A stretch of 63,503 nt of DNA from a virus (Duplodnaviria > Caudoviricetes), in IMG/VR virus record IMGVR_UViG_3300034965_000044, positions 1 through 63,503 of that record. The stretch is one strand, 5' to 3'. Positions 16,314 to 26,232 of this stretch are shown here, piece by piece. Under the pieces are notes generated by a model. That model saw nothing but the letters and a program-made list of their open reading frames with translations. It was not told the DNA's origin and searched no databases. The first letter of the stretch is position 1, and each line of letters opens with the position of its first letter. The position numbers and the translations under genes are program-made.

Positions 16314-16838
16314 ATGGTTCTGAGTGACCTGCCGCCCAAGATCGGTCGGCGAGAGAAACGGCTATTGACCGCGGAGCGTTATGCCAGGACTTCGAGGGCT
16401 TACAGCGAGGCCGACAAGCAGCTCCTGATCAAGCTCCTGGCCTACGGGCTTAGCAGCAATGAGATTGTCGAGCGCACCTCTTTCATCAACCGGGTGGCGG
16501 TCTATGCTTTCTGCCGCCTGAATGGTCTTCCGCTGCCGCATGACTTTCGGGCGGCAAAAATCAGCGATGACGATATCGAGAAGGTCCGGCACCTGCTCAA
16601 TCATGAGCGGCTGACATACAAGATGATTGGTGAGCGGCTGAGCTGGACCACCAGCAAGGTCGCCGGCATCGTCTGGCGCTACGGGCTGAATGGCATGAAG
16701 GAGCGGCCGGAGATCTTTGAGCTTCGCTATGGGCAGGAGGTGTCGCATAAACACCGCTGCATCAAGAAGCCGAAGCGACAGCACGCATGGAAATCTCGTC
16801 AGGCTAATGCCCCCTTTGACCTGACGGATGCAGGGTAG
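16314..16838 (+). CDS. Tandem HTH protein, GcrA N-terminal-like
   Basis: GLSSNEIVE...NRVAV and LTYKMIGERLSWTTSKVAGIVWRYGL. Confidence 0.55.
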   Translation: MVLSDLPPKIGRREKRLLTAERYARTSRAYSEADKQLLIKLLAYGLSSNEIVERTSFINRVAVYAFCRLNGLPLPHDFRAAKISDDDIEKVRHLLNHERLTYKMIGERLSWTTSKVAGIVWRYGLNGMKERPEIFELRYGQEVSHKHRCIKKPKRQHAWKSRQANAPFDLTDAG

Positions 16839-16883
16839 GGCTGCCCAGGGGAAGTGCCCCTCATGACTCCTGGGCGGCTCTGC

Positions 16884-17222
16884 TTACACGCGCACGGGGC
16901 GAGGCCGGCGCAGAGCCGGCAGGGTGCCGCAGACGCGCACCAGCAGCTCATAGGCGTCCTTGAATTCATGGGAGGTGTCGGCCAGCCAGTTGCGGCGCTT
17001 GTCGTCATACTCGCGCGGCTCGCCCACCCAGAGCCCTTCGCAGGTCAGCCGGAAGCCAATGGAGTCCTCGACATACCAGAGCCAATTGTCTCGGGCCTCC
17101 ACATTCTGATCATTGCGTCTGAGCATCCGATAGCCGCCGGGAAAATCATAGCCGATCGAGTGCATGTGGATGAACTGGTAGAATTCATGCTCCTCATCGG
17201 GGCTAACTGGAAACTGCATCAT
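16884..17222 (-). CDS. Hypothetical protein
   Basis: 112 aa ORF in a short leftward cluster. Confidence 0.55.
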   Translation of the reverse strand: MMQFPVSPDEEHEFYQFIHMHSIGYDFPGGYRMLRRNDQNVEARDNWLWYVEDSIGFRLTCEGLWVGEPREYDDKRRNWLADTSHEFKDAYELLVRVCGTLPALRRPRPVRV

Positions 17223-17487
17223 CTATGGGTTCCTTGGCAATAACGTGAGCTAAAACGGTCCACTCGCTCATTGACATCAGGCCGCGCTCTGAAATCCTTG
17301 TCAGGAGATCTCGGAGAACTTCGGCTGCTTCGAAGGATAAACGGAATCTGGTTTCCGTTTCTCCATTTTGTAACTTGATGTAAACTATGTTATCTCCGGG
17401 TATCTGCCCGACAAATACTGACCGGCCTCCATCAAGATCTTGGATCAATCCTTTTATACGATATTGTTCTTCCGGTTCGTCATTCAT
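17203..17487 (-). CDS. Hypothetical protein
   Basis: ATGA-coupled to the upstream gene. Confidence 0.55.
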   Translation of the reverse strand: MNDEPEEQYRIKGLIQDLDGGRSVFVGQIPGDNIVYIKLQNGETETRFRLSFEAAEVLRDLLTRISERGLMSMSEWTVLAHVIAKEPIDDAVSS

Positions 17488-17708
17488 CTGGGTTCCCGTG
17501 GTTCTGTGTTATTTCCGTGCTCGACCCAGTGGGCGAGGGCGTCTTCGAGGCAGCGCGCCGCTTCCGAAAAAGTCGGTCCAACGCCGAAGACGCCCGCAAG
17601 AGCTGGAGCGGTAGCGATATAGGTTTGGTATTCCCGGCTCCACCAGATCTGTACAGCCGGTATGGGAATTGCTTTTGTCGCATCGATAAGCTCTAGAGGC
17701 GAGGCCAT
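17484..17708 (-). CDS. HicB-like antitoxin N-terminal domain
   Basis: IWWSREYQTYIATAPALAGVFGVGPTFSEAARCLEDAL. Confidence 0.7.
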   Translation of the reverse strand: MASPLELIDATKAIPIPAVQIWWSREYQTYIATAPALAGVFGVGPTFSEAARCLEDALAHWVEHGNNTEPREPR

Positions 17709-18418
17709 CTGCCGCTCACTCTGATTGTCGGGGGCATCCGCTGTTCATCGTACCAAGCTTGCTCTCGCTGTCTTCTGATCCGATCGCGCTCGCCCTCTTC
17801 ATTCGCTTGGGCGATCATTCTGTACTCAGCTTCGGCACGCCGCTGGTGCTCGGCCATTTCCTGCATCTGATGCCACTGCCGATTGCTGATCGGGGCAGTC
17901 TCATCGATCCACAGGCCATCATGCTCCATGCCACGGATATAGGGAGCCGCATCGACCGCATGGCGAAACCGTTCTGCTTGCTCTGCGGTCAGATGACGGC
18001 TCGGCACATCATCTGGCCGTCCCTGATCATGGGCAATGCGCATGGTCTCTTGCTCATCGGCCTCCAGGCATAGCTTCTGCATCAGCATCCGGTCGGCGAG
18101 CGGCAGATTATCCTGAGGGATGAAGCACCATTTCCGCCGCGGCATCTTGGAGTTGTACAGCTCAAGGATATTGACGGAGCTCTTGGGCAGGATGCGGTAG
18201 AGGGTGCCGGTATAGTTGCCGGTGACGATGAAGCTCTGATCGGTTTTATAGTTGGTAAGCTGCTCAGGGCTCAGATAGCGCTTCAGCGTCTCGACCGCCC
18301 GCTCATTGGCCTTTGCATCATCCGGCGAAGGGGCCTCCGGCGCCCTGACATAGGGCGGCCGGATATGATCGTAGACCTGCTGATAGTGAGCGCGGATCGC
18401 GCGCTCCATTTCCATCAT
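17693..18418 (-). CDS. Phage hypothetical protein (start uncertain)
   Basis: L..EQ...Y....F.VTG..GT.YRI...D.MLMQKL.LEADE pattern. Confidence 0.6.
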   Translation of the reverse strand: MMEMERAIRAHYQQVYDHIRPPYVRAPEAPSPDDAKANERAVETLKRYLSPEQLTNYKTDQSFIVTGNYTGTLYRILPKSSVNILELYNSKMPRRKWCFIPQDNLPLADRMLMQKLCLEADEQETMRIAHDQGRPDDVPSRHLTAEQAERFRHAVDAAPYIRGMEHDGLWIDETAPISNRQWHQMQEMAEHQRRAEAEYRMIAQANEEGERDRIRRQREQAWYDEQRMPPTIRVSGRWPRL

Positions 18419-18446
18419 CTCCGCGTGTCTGGGGGTGGCCAAGGGC

Positions 18447-18665
18447 TCAACCACCTGCCCGTTGCGGGGTGAAGACGGTCTCATCGACGTTTGGATCGAA
18501 GGCGCGGAGCATAGTGCTCTGTCCGGGTTTGGCGTCGAAGGCGAGGAAACCACGGCCGGTGATCTCCTTGAAGCGCTTCTCTGCTTCCACAACCGCCAAG
18601 GCGTCTGCCGGGTCGAACTCATGCCGGGTATCTCCAGTGCGATCTAGTATTCTCTGAATAGCCAT
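18447..18665 (-). CDS. Phage hypothetical protein
   Basis: LDRTGDT..FD...FDPN...P..AGG. Confidence 0.65.
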   Translation of the reverse strand: MAIQRILDRTGDTRHEFDPADALAVVEAEKRFKEITGRGFLAFDAKPGQSTMLRAFDPNVDETVFTPQRAGG

Positions 18666-18704
18666 TGTTATATAAATCTCCATTTTGGAGAAGGGACTAT
18701 AACA

Positions 18705-18995
18705 ATGAATGGAGTCGCTGACAAGACCCTCGCTGTCGGTTCAATGGACCGCGAGGTCATGCGCATCATTTGCAAATGCGGGTTTATTGCCCGCGAATCG
18801 AATGGACAGTCCTGGGTCACGACCGGGGAGGCCATTTCGGTGGAGCGGTTCAATCGGCTTCTGGCATTGGAGCTGATCGAGCCGAAAGGGGATTCGCTGT
18901 TTGGCGGCCCGTCACAAACCTACGTCCCAACCCAAAAAGGAACTGCTCATGCTAAACGTTGTAAATCCCTTGCGTATTCCGACCAAGCCGATTGA
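18705..18995 (+). CDS. Hypothetical protein (possible winged helix)
   Basis: 96 aa ORF; DSLFGGPSQTY. Confidence 0.5.
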   Translation: MNGVADKTLAVGSMDREVMRIICKCGFIARESNGQSWVTTGEAISVERFNRLLALELIEPKGDSLFGGPSQTYVPTQKGTAHAKRCKSLAYSDQAD

Positions 18996-19311
18996 TGGAT
19001 TCTCCGTCGAGCAGGCCAGCTTCGGCGGCGGCTACATCCTGCGGATGGTCATCGGCGCCACCATCGAGACCGCGGTGTTCACCGATCATGCGGCCTTGAC
19101 AAGCTACCTCCAGTTCGTTCTATCTGGGCTTGCCGTCAATCCGGCGTCTGATCCTAAGCCGGCACCCAAGCCTGAGCTGGTCGTCAAGCGCGCCCGCGGC
19201 GGACGCCCCAAGGGCTCCAAGAATAAGTCGAAGCTGAACGGCTCGACCCCCGATCTCGAAGTGACTGCGAACCCCGATGAAGCGGCCCCGCCGATCACCC
19301 AAGCCGCGTAG
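18949..19311 (+). CDS. Hypothetical protein with AT-hook-like motif
   Basis: GGRPKGSKNK; AAGGA SD. Confidence 0.55.
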   Translation: MLNVVNPLRIPTKPIDGFSVEQASFGGGYILRMVIGATIETAVFTDHAALTSYLQFVLSGLAVNPASDPKPAPKPELVVKRARGGRPKGSKNKSKLNGSTPDLEVTANPDEAAPPITQAA

Positions 19312-19630
19312 CCCTTACCCGCACCGCGGCTCGCCCGCCGGTGATGCGGTCATCGGCACCTGCGATGGTGCCGGCTGCGAGCGCACCCTGCACCGCGGCG
19401 ACATCTTCTTCACCATGCTGGACAGCCACCTCTATTGCATCGACTGCTATGAGCAGATGCCCTGCATCAGCATCGCTGAGGATCGTGCCACGCCTGCGCA
19501 AGAGCAGGCCGTCATCGAGGCGAACGCGCTGGTCTGGGATGGTGACTTTCCCGAATAGGGGCAATTTCTGAATATCGAATATCGCCCTTCGGGGAAGACG
19601 CTGGATAAGTTTCATGCTGATCCAGCGTTT

Positions 19631-21040
19631 ATGCGTGTGCTTTTGGGGCCGCTCGGTTCGGGTAAAACCACCGCCTGCTGCTTTGAAATCCTCAGTCGGG
19701 CCATCGAGCAGGCTCCCGATGATCGCGGCGTCCGGCCAACACGATGGCTGGTCTGCCGCAACACGCTGCCGGAATTAGAAACGACCACCCTCCCAAGCTG
19801 GCGACAGCACTTTGGCACCGAGCTGGGGAGCTGGCGGATGACGACGCCGGTGACGCATCTATGGCGCTTCGACGTGGGCGACGGCACCCGCGTCGAGGCG
19901 GACATCTACTTCCTCGGGCTCGACAGCGAGGAGGACGCCAAGAAGATCCGCGGCATGGAGCTGACCGGCGCCTGGATCAACGAGGCGAAAGACATCTCAC
20001 GCGGCGTGGTGGACATGATCACCGGCCGCGTTGATCGCTTCCCGGCCAAGAAGATCCGCACCTGGGCCGGCGTTATCGCCGACACCAATATGCCGGACGA
20101 TGACCACTGGCTCTACAATCTGGCCGAAAGGGTGCGGCCGGACAACTGGTCCTTCTACCGGCAGCCGGGCGGCGTCATCCGCATCGGCGAAAACTGGGTG
20201 ATCAACCCGGCGCGCGAGAACATCGAGCATCTGTCCGAGCGCTATTACCCCAACCAGCTCACCGGCAAATCGGACGAGTGGATCAGGGTTTACCTCGCCG
20301 CCGAATATGGCTATGTCGCCGATGGGCGGCCGGTCTACCCGGAATATTCCGACACCCACCATGTGGTCGAGCGCGAGCCCTATGATGGCCGCGGGCTGCT
20401 GATCGGTGCCGACCTTGGGCTCACCCCGGCCGCGGTCTTCCTCCAGCAGGACACCTGGGGCCGCTATGTGGTTCTCGATGAGCTGGTGACGGACGATGTG
20501 GGCGCCAAGGACTTCGCTCTCGCCATCAAGAAGTTCATGGCGGTCAAGTTCCCCAATTTCCAGATCGAGGGCGCCTGGGGCGATCCGATCGGCGAGAAGC
20601 GCCTGTCGGGCGACGATGACATCCGCACCACCTTCCAGATCATGGCGGCGAACGGCATCAAGATGCGCCCCGCCCCTGGCAACAACCAGCTCATCAAGCG
20701 CCGCGAGGCGGTCGCCGGGCCGCTCACCCGCATGGTGGACGGCAAGCCTGGGCTGATGATCAACCGCTGTTGCACCAAGCTCAGAGCTGGCATGAGTGGC
20801 AAGTATTGTTTCAAGCGTGTCGCCATACGATCAGATGTCTATGCCGACGCTCCGAACAAGAATGAATACAGTCATGTTTGCGAAGCTTTGCAATATGCCA
20901 TGCTTGGCTTAGGCGAAGGTCAGGTTGCAATAACAAATAAGGCAGAAGACAGAATATCCAAACCGACTGTTGTCACAGGAACGAAGTTTCGTCACCACGT
21001 TGCTCGCCGTCGCGGCACAGATAATAGGAGATACACATGA
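19631..21040 (+). CDS. terL: Terminase large subunit
   Basis: Walker A GPLGSGKT, Walker B WINEA, DTN coupling motif, nuclease GADLG and SHVCEALQY. Confidence 0.95.
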   Translation: MRVLLGPLGSGKTTACCFEILSRAIEQAPDDRGVRPTRWLVCRNTLPELETTTLPSWRQHFGTELGSWRMTTPVTHLWRFDVGDGTRVEADIYFLGLDSEEDAKKIRGMELTGAWINEAKDISRGVVDMITGRVDRFPAKKIRTWAGVIADTNMPDDDHWLYNLAERVRPDNWSFYRQPGGVIRIGENWVINPARENIEHLSERYYPNQLTGKSDEWIRVYLAAEYGYVADGRPVYPEYSDTHHVVEREPYDGRGLLIGADLGLTPAAVFLQQDTWGRYVVLDELVTDDVGAKDFALAIKKFMAVKFPNFQIEGAWGDPIGEKRLSGDDDIRTTFQIMAANGIKMRPAPGNNQLIKRREAVAGPLTRMVDGKPGLMINRCCTKLRAGMSGKYCFKRVAIRSDVYADAPNKNEYSHVCEALQYAMLGLGEGQVAITNKAEDRISKPTVVTGTKFRHHVARRRGTDNRRYT

Positions 21041-21252
21041 AGTCCAAGACCCCCAAGGCGCCAGAAGTGGCGGCGCCCGTCCCCGTGCCGCAAACCGATG
21101 ATCCGGCCCTGATCGATGTGAAGCGCCGGGTTCGCACCAGCGCGCAGGACCGTGAGGGCGCCAGAGCCTCGCTGCTCACTCCAGGCGGCGCATCCGGCGT
21201 TGGCAGCAGCGGCGGCACCAAGCGCAAGACGCTCGGCTACGGCGGCATGTAA
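21037..21252 (+). CDS. Small virion assembly protein
   Basis: Position before the portal; GARASLLT...KTLG motif. Confidence 0.65.
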   Translation: MKSKTPKAPEVAAPVPVPQTDDPALIDVKRRVRTSAQDREGARASLLTPGGASGVGSSGGTKRKTLGYGGM

Positions 21253-21257
21253 GGGCA

Positions 21258-22976
21258 ATGAGCATGGCTGGTTACGCGAGCGGGCTGCCGGCCAAGACCG
21301 GAGACTATCAGGACAAGCTGGGCGTCTTGTGCAAGCGGGCGCGTAAGTGCAAGGACGATATGCGGCCCTGGTATCTCCTCTGGGAGGAGCTGGCGCACTA
21401 TTTCCACAATACGCGCAAGGGCTTCATCACCGAGCAGACGGCGGGCCAGGAGTCCAACCAGGACATCTGGAACTCCTCGCCCGAGCAGTACCGGCGCAAA
21501 GAGACCGAGATGATGGTCGGCGCCATGATCCCCAAGGATCGGATGTGGGTCGGCCTGCGTCCGGCGAAGACAGAGCTGTTCGCTATCAAAGAAGTGCGTC
21601 AGTGGCTTGAGATTGCGGCTCTGTATATCCATACGGTTCTATATGATCCGATATGCAATTTCACCGAGCGCTTCCTTGAGCTTGCAGAAGATGTCAAGTC
21701 TTTCGGAACAGGCGTGATCTATGTCGATCACGATAGGGTCAAGAAAGCCTTGACCTTTATGGTTCCGCATCTGAAGAACTTCGCCTTCGAAGCGGATGCG
21801 AGCGGAGTTGTTACTCGCGAATACTGCTTCTGGCAATTCTCAGTCGGCGATCTGGTCGATCAGTTCGGCATCGATGCGCTGCCCGATGAGATGACGCGGG
21901 AATATCGCGAAGGCAATTGCAGCACTGAGAAAAAGCACTGCGTCGTCCACGCCATCATTCCCAATGATGATTATGGGCGCTTCGGGCTCGCGCCGGGGCG
22001 GATGCCGTTCAAATCGCTGTGGATTTTGGAGAAGGGCTGCCACCTGCTCGATGAGGGCGGCTTTTACGATCTGCCCTATCTGGTGCCGCGGTGGTTCCAG
22101 AAGTCCGGCGAGGTGCCGGGCCGGGCTGAGACCATGGAGATCCTGCCTGACGCCCGGCTGCTGCAATCGGTATCGGCCGCACTCTTGGAGATCACCGAGA
22201 AGCAGGGCAACCCGCCGATGCAAGGTCCGATCGACATCCTGCGCGGCGAGGTCGAGCTGTTCCCCGGCGGCTTCACGGCATTCGATGCGTCCGGCTTCCA
22301 GTTCCAGGGCGATCCCTTAAGGCCGGTGCAGATCGGCGCCAACCCGGCGATGACGGCGGACTTCCTCTCGGCGCTCGAAAACAAGATCGGCCGGGCCTTT
22401 CACATGGACCTGCTGATGGCGCCGCCGCCGGAGTCCGGCAACAACAAGCCCGAGGACGCCGCCGGCCGCCAGATGATGGTCGCCGCAATTCTGGGGCCGA
22501 TCTGGTCGCGCGGCGAGAATGAGCTGCTGCCGCCGATCTTGGACCGGGTGTTCAACATCCTGATCCGCACCCGGACGTTGCCGCCGGCACCCGATGCGCT
22601 GTCCGGCGAGCGGCTGATCTACCGCTTCGACAACCACGTCTCCGACATGCGCGAGGCCGCCGAAGCCCAGCGCATCGTCCAGGCGCTCGGTGTCACCGCC
22701 CAGTTCGCCCAGATCCCGCAAGCGGCCGAAGCGCTGGACAATATCGATTTCGACGTGGCGTTCATCGACCTGTGGCAGCGGATGAAGGTGCCGGAATTCT
22801 ATGTGCGCGACCCGCGCGAGGTTGCGGCAGAACGGCAACAGAAAGCACAAATGCAGCAGATGGCCCAGATGGCGGAGATGGCTAAGGCCGGTGGCCCTGG
22901 GGTAAAGTCGGCCATCGAGGGAGCTGTCACCGCACGCGATCAGGGGATAGTTCCTCCGCAACCAGGGGAACAATAA
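21258..22976 (+). CDS. Portal / head-to-tail connector (T7 gp8-like)
   Basis: 572 aa; FGTG, EGGFYDLPYLVPRW..SGEV.GR, Q-rich C-terminus. Confidence 0.92.
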   Translation: MSMAGYASGLPAKTGDYQDKLGVLCKRARKCKDDMRPWYLLWEELAHYFHNTRKGFITEQTAGQESNQDIWNSSPEQYRRKETEMMVGAMIPKDRMWVGLRPAKTELFAIKEVRQWLEIAALYIHTVLYDPICNFTERFLELAEDVKSFGTGVIYVDHDRVKKALTFMVPHLKNFAFEADASGVVTREYCFWQFSVGDLVDQFGIDALPDEMTREYREGNCSTEKKHCVVHAIIPNDDYGRFGLAPGRMPFKSLWILEKGCHLLDEGGFYDLPYLVPRWFQKSGEVPGRAETMEILPDARLLQSVSAALLEITEKQGNPPMQGPIDILRGEVELFPGGFTAFDASGFQFQGDPLRPVQIGANPAMTADFLSALENKIGRAFHMDLLMAPPPESGNNKPEDAAGRQMMVAAILGPIWSRGENELLPPILDRVFNILIRTRTLPPAPDALSGERLIYRFDNHVSDMREAAEAQRIVQALGVTAQFAQIPQAAEALDNIDFDVAFIDLWQRMKVPEFYVRDPREVAAERQQKAQMQQMAQMAEMAKAGGPGVKSAIEGAVTARDQGIVPPQPGEQ

Positions 22977-23306
22977 ATGACCGTTGACGCTATCAGGCCG
23001 GACGCGCTGAGCGAGGCCGATGAAGCCCGCCGCGCTATCGCCATGGACTTCCAGGAAGTCTTCTCGACACCCGAAGGTGAGCGAGTGCTCCAGCATCTGC
23101 TCGGCAGCATCCTCTACACCGATAAGACGCTGCCGCGGCCCAGCCCCGGCATCGCCTTCAGCGGCGACGATGCGCTCTACATGCTCGCGCGCAATGACGC
23201 GGCCAAGGAGATCAGGGCGATCCTCAATATCGAGTTCCGTGACAGCCCCAAGCCGGTTGTGCGGCGCGGCAAGGGGCCGATTTCGCGTTTTACGTCTCAC
23301 AGTTGA
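22977..23306 (+). CDS. Conserved podophage protein (Bbp19-like)
   Basis: VFSTPEGERVLQHL motif, located after the portal. Confidence 0.7.
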   Translation: MTVDAIRPDALSEADEARRAIAMDFQEVFSTPEGERVLQHLLGSILYTDKTLPRPSPGIAFSGDDALYMLARNDAAKEIRAILNIEFRDSPKPVVRRGKGPISRFTSHS

Positions 23307-23318
23307 GGGGAATAATCT

Positions 23319-24287
23319 ATGAAAAACAGATGGATGTACCCATTCTGGGCGCCTGAGGGTGAGGGCGACCCCGGCGGTGGCGCTGGTGGCGGTGGCGTCA
23401 CGCCACCCGGCACCGGGTCTGGTGGCGGCGGCGGTAGCGAGCAAGCTTTATCGCTGCGCGCCCAGATGGCAAGCCAGCTCGGCGAGGAGGAGCGGGGCGG
23501 CTTCTCCAAATGGGCGGACGGTTACACCACCGACAAGGAGTTCGTGCTCGGCGCCATGAACATGCGCCAGCAGTTCGATGCGCGAGTGCCGGTGCCGGGC
23601 GAGAATGCCAAGCCGGAGGAGTGGGACAAATATTTCCAGCGTGTCGGCAAGCCGCCTGAGGCCAAGGCATACGCCTATGATTTCGGCAAGGATGAGAAGG
23701 GCGCCCCGCGCGAGCTGCCCGATGGCGACCGCGCCCGCTTCGAGGCGTTCAAAGAACACGCCCACGCTCACCATTATACTCAGAAGCAGTTCGAAGCCGG
23801 CGTCAAATTCTTAGAAGCCGACATTGCCAAGCAGGAGTCCGAATTCGTCACCCAGCTTGAGCGCGCTCAGGATGATTCGATCAAGCATCTGAAGCAGGAA
23901 TGGGGGCCGGATTACGACAGCAATCTGGCAGCGGCAACCGATGGGGGCGTGGCCTTTGCGCCGGATGAAGCCTCCTGGGTTGAGTTCGTCAATCTGCCGC
24001 TGACCGGCCCCAACGGCACCCAGATCAAGGTCGGCGACCACCCGACATTTCTGAAGGCGTGGGCTAAGGTCGGCCGCTCTGTATCGGAGGATCAGCGCGT
24101 GCGTGACCTCAGGCAGTCCGGCGAGGCCGACAACATCCAGACGCAGATCCTTGCTATCGAGGACGAGGCCATCAAGGCCAACAAGTCTACCGCTAGCGAG
24201 CCTTATGCTTCGCGCCTGCGGACGCTGTACAAGAAATTGACGCCCAACACCCCCATGAACGGCTCTGGCCGCGGCGGGTACGGCTGA
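23319..24287 (+). CDS. Capsid scaffolding protein
   Basis: PG....EEWDKY..VGKP, LKQEWG.DYD.N, GDHP.F; located before the MCP. Confidence 0.8.
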   Translation: MKNRWMYPFWAPEGEGDPGGGAGGGGVTPPGTGSGGGGGSEQALSLRAQMASQLGEEERGGFSKWADGYTTDKEFVLGAMNMRQQFDARVPVPGENAKPEEWDKYFQRVGKPPEAKAYAYDFGKDEKGAPRELPDGDRARFEAFKEHAHAHHYTQKQFEAGVKFLEADIAKQESEFVTQLERAQDDSIKHLKQEWGPDYDSNLAAATDGGVAFAPDEASWVEFVNLPLTGPNGTQIKVGDHPTFLKAWAKVGRSVSEDQRVRDLRQSGEADNIQTQILAIEDEAIKANKSTASEPYASRLRTLYKKLTPNTPMNGSGRGGYG

Positions 24288-24515
24288 CGCGCCCTTGATA
24301 GCGCACTAACCGACTTAATGCGCTCTTCATAGCGCAAATCGAATTCAGCCGGGCACACCCATAGCGGACCCGGCTGCAATACCCCGACCACCTAGCGATC
24401 CTCAGATCCAGCATCATCAGCCACGGGAACCCGAAAGGGCACCTCCTTCAGTGGCCGATACCGCATGGGCACGCCTGATCATTGCGCCGCCGAAATCTCC
24501 TAAGAGGAGATCGAA

Positions 24516-25358
24516 ATGCCCGGTCCTACTATCGACCAAGCATTTATCACCCAGTTCAACCGAGACGTGTATCTCGCCTACCAGATTACGGAATCCAAGT
24601 TCCGCAATATGGTCAGGACGGATGCTGAAGTCCTCGGCGACCGGGTGCGCTTCCAGAAGCTCGGGACTCTGACCGTTACCAGCAAGGCGCGGAACGGCAA
24701 CATCCCAATCCAGAATCCGGCCCACTCCTTCGTGGACCTGATCATGCTCGACCGCTACGCCGCGGTCCTGATCGACCAGCTCGACCTGACCAAGCTCAAT
24801 ATCGCCGTCAGGGAAGGCTACATCTACAACATGGCCGCCGCGTTCGCCCGTGAGAGCGATCAGGAAATCATTGCAGCCATGCTGGCCGGTGCCACCCAGA
24901 CCGTCACGCCGACCAACCTGATCACTCGTAACGCCACCCTGTCGGCGCGCGAGCTGCTCGATGTGGCCAAGGTGCCCAGCGACGGGCGGGTCTATTGCGC
25001 TGTCACGCCTCATGCGTGGGCAACGCTGATGACCATCTCGGAGTTCGCCAACGAGCAGTTCGTCGGCTACGAGGGCCAGCCCTGGAAAATGCAGGGTCCG
25101 CCGATGAAGTATTGGAACCGCTGTTTCTGGTTCCAGTATCCTGAACTGCCCGGCACCGGCACCGCCACGGCGTCGTGCTTCATGTGGCATTATCGCTGCA
25201 TTGGCCATGGCACGGGTCAGGAAATGTCCATCACCTGGGACTGGGAAAACCTGATGAAGGGTTGGTCCGGTGCCGGCTCGATGAGCATGAACGCAATCGT
25301 TATCGACGCAACGGGCATCGTCAAGATCGTTGTGAACGATACGACCGCAATCCCATGA
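24516..25358 (+). CDS. Major capsid protein
   Basis: IDQAFITQF...AYQ...SK, D.LD..K.NI..R; AGGAGA SD. Confidence 0.9.
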   Translation: MPGPTIDQAFITQFNRDVYLAYQITESKFRNMVRTDAEVLGDRVRFQKLGTLTVTSKARNGNIPIQNPAHSFVDLIMLDRYAAVLIDQLDLTKLNIAVREGYIYNMAAAFARESDQEIIAAMLAGATQTVTPTNLITRNATLSARELLDVAKVPSDGRVYCAVTPHAWATLMTISEFANEQFVGYEGQPWKMQGPPMKYWNRCFWFQYPELPGTGTATASCFMWHYRCIGHGTGQEMSITWDWENLMKGWSGAGSMSMNAIVIDATGIVKIVVNDTTAIP

Positions 25359-25376
25359 TGATAGGAGAAATGACCA

Positions 25377-25658
25377 ATGGCTTATGATCCTACTTATCTG
25401 GGCGTGATCCCGTATGCCGGATCAAAGGGCGCGTGCCAGACATATGTCCTTGATACGGTCGATGTCGCCGCGACAATTACGGCGGCCGGCTACATCTCGG
25501 ACGGCATTTTGCGCGGTATGCAGCTCGGCGATCCGGTGCTGGTGCGCAAATATAATGCTTTGCCGGCGAAGGCAACTTTGTCAGGTACGGCATGGTGGAC
25601 TGTGACTTCGGTCGCTTCCGGTGTGGTAACGATTGCGGTTCAGCCAGCAGTTACGTAA
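25377..25658 (+). CDS. Probable head decoration/virion protein
   Basis: Directly after the MCP, followed by a terminator; AAGYISD motif. Confidence 0.6.
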   Translation: MAYDPTYLGVIPYAGSKGACQTYVLDTVDVAATITAAGYISDGILRGMQLGDPVLVRKYNALPAKATLSGTAWWTVTSVASGVVTIAVQPAVT

Positions 25659-25662
25659 ATCT

Positions 25663-25688
25663 TACGGGGGCTTCGGCCCCCGTTTTTC
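25663..25688 (+). terminator. Intrinsic terminator after the capsid genes
   Basis: ACGGGGGC-TTCG-GCCCCCGT-TTTT. Confidence 0.85.
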
Positions 25689-25713
25689 ATTTCAATTTGA
25701 GGGGAATTAAATC

Positions 25714-26229
25714 ATGGCTGTACAAGCTAAAGAATCCGATCTGCAACTCTGGGGGCAGGGTGGTAATTGTGCTCGTTACGATTACAACTCAGAGCATTAT
25801 CTGATGTCGGATATGCTTACCAATGACTTCTTCTGCAATTGCACATATTTGCTGCGCAAGGGCGATTTCATCTACATCACCGATGCTGAAGACCAGATTA
25901 TTGTGGTCCGCGTCGATGAGGTGGACCAGGGCTCGCGCCGCGTCGTCCTCTCCAAGGTCGAGCGACTGTACGCGCTGCCGGTCGTGACCATCAATGAGGA
26001 TCTGCCGGATGATCCGGGGCTGACCTATCGCTGGCGCCCGACACGCGCCGGTGGGCATTCGATCATCACTGCTGCTGCTGAGGTGTTCGCGGTCAACTTC
26101 CCCAATCGTCAGGAAGCCGAGCGCGCCATCGCCAACATTTATGAATCAAAGGTGTTCGAGGCGCCGCACGGCCATGAGCCGACCGCGGCCACTGTTTCGG
26201 CGAACACCAAGACTTACAAGAGGGCATAG
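25714..26229 (+). CDS. Hypothetical virion-associated protein
   Basis: GAGGGG SD; position in the structural module. Confidence 0.6.
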   Translation: MAVQAKESDLQLWGQGGNCARYDYNSEHYLMSDMLTNDFFCNCTYLLRKGDFIYITDAEDQIIVVRVDEVDQGSRRVVLSKVERLYALPVVTINEDLPDDPGLTYRWRPTRAGGHSIITAAAEVFAVNFPNRQEAERAIANIYESKVFEAPHGHEPTAATVSANTKTYKRA

Positions 26230-26232
26230 GCT

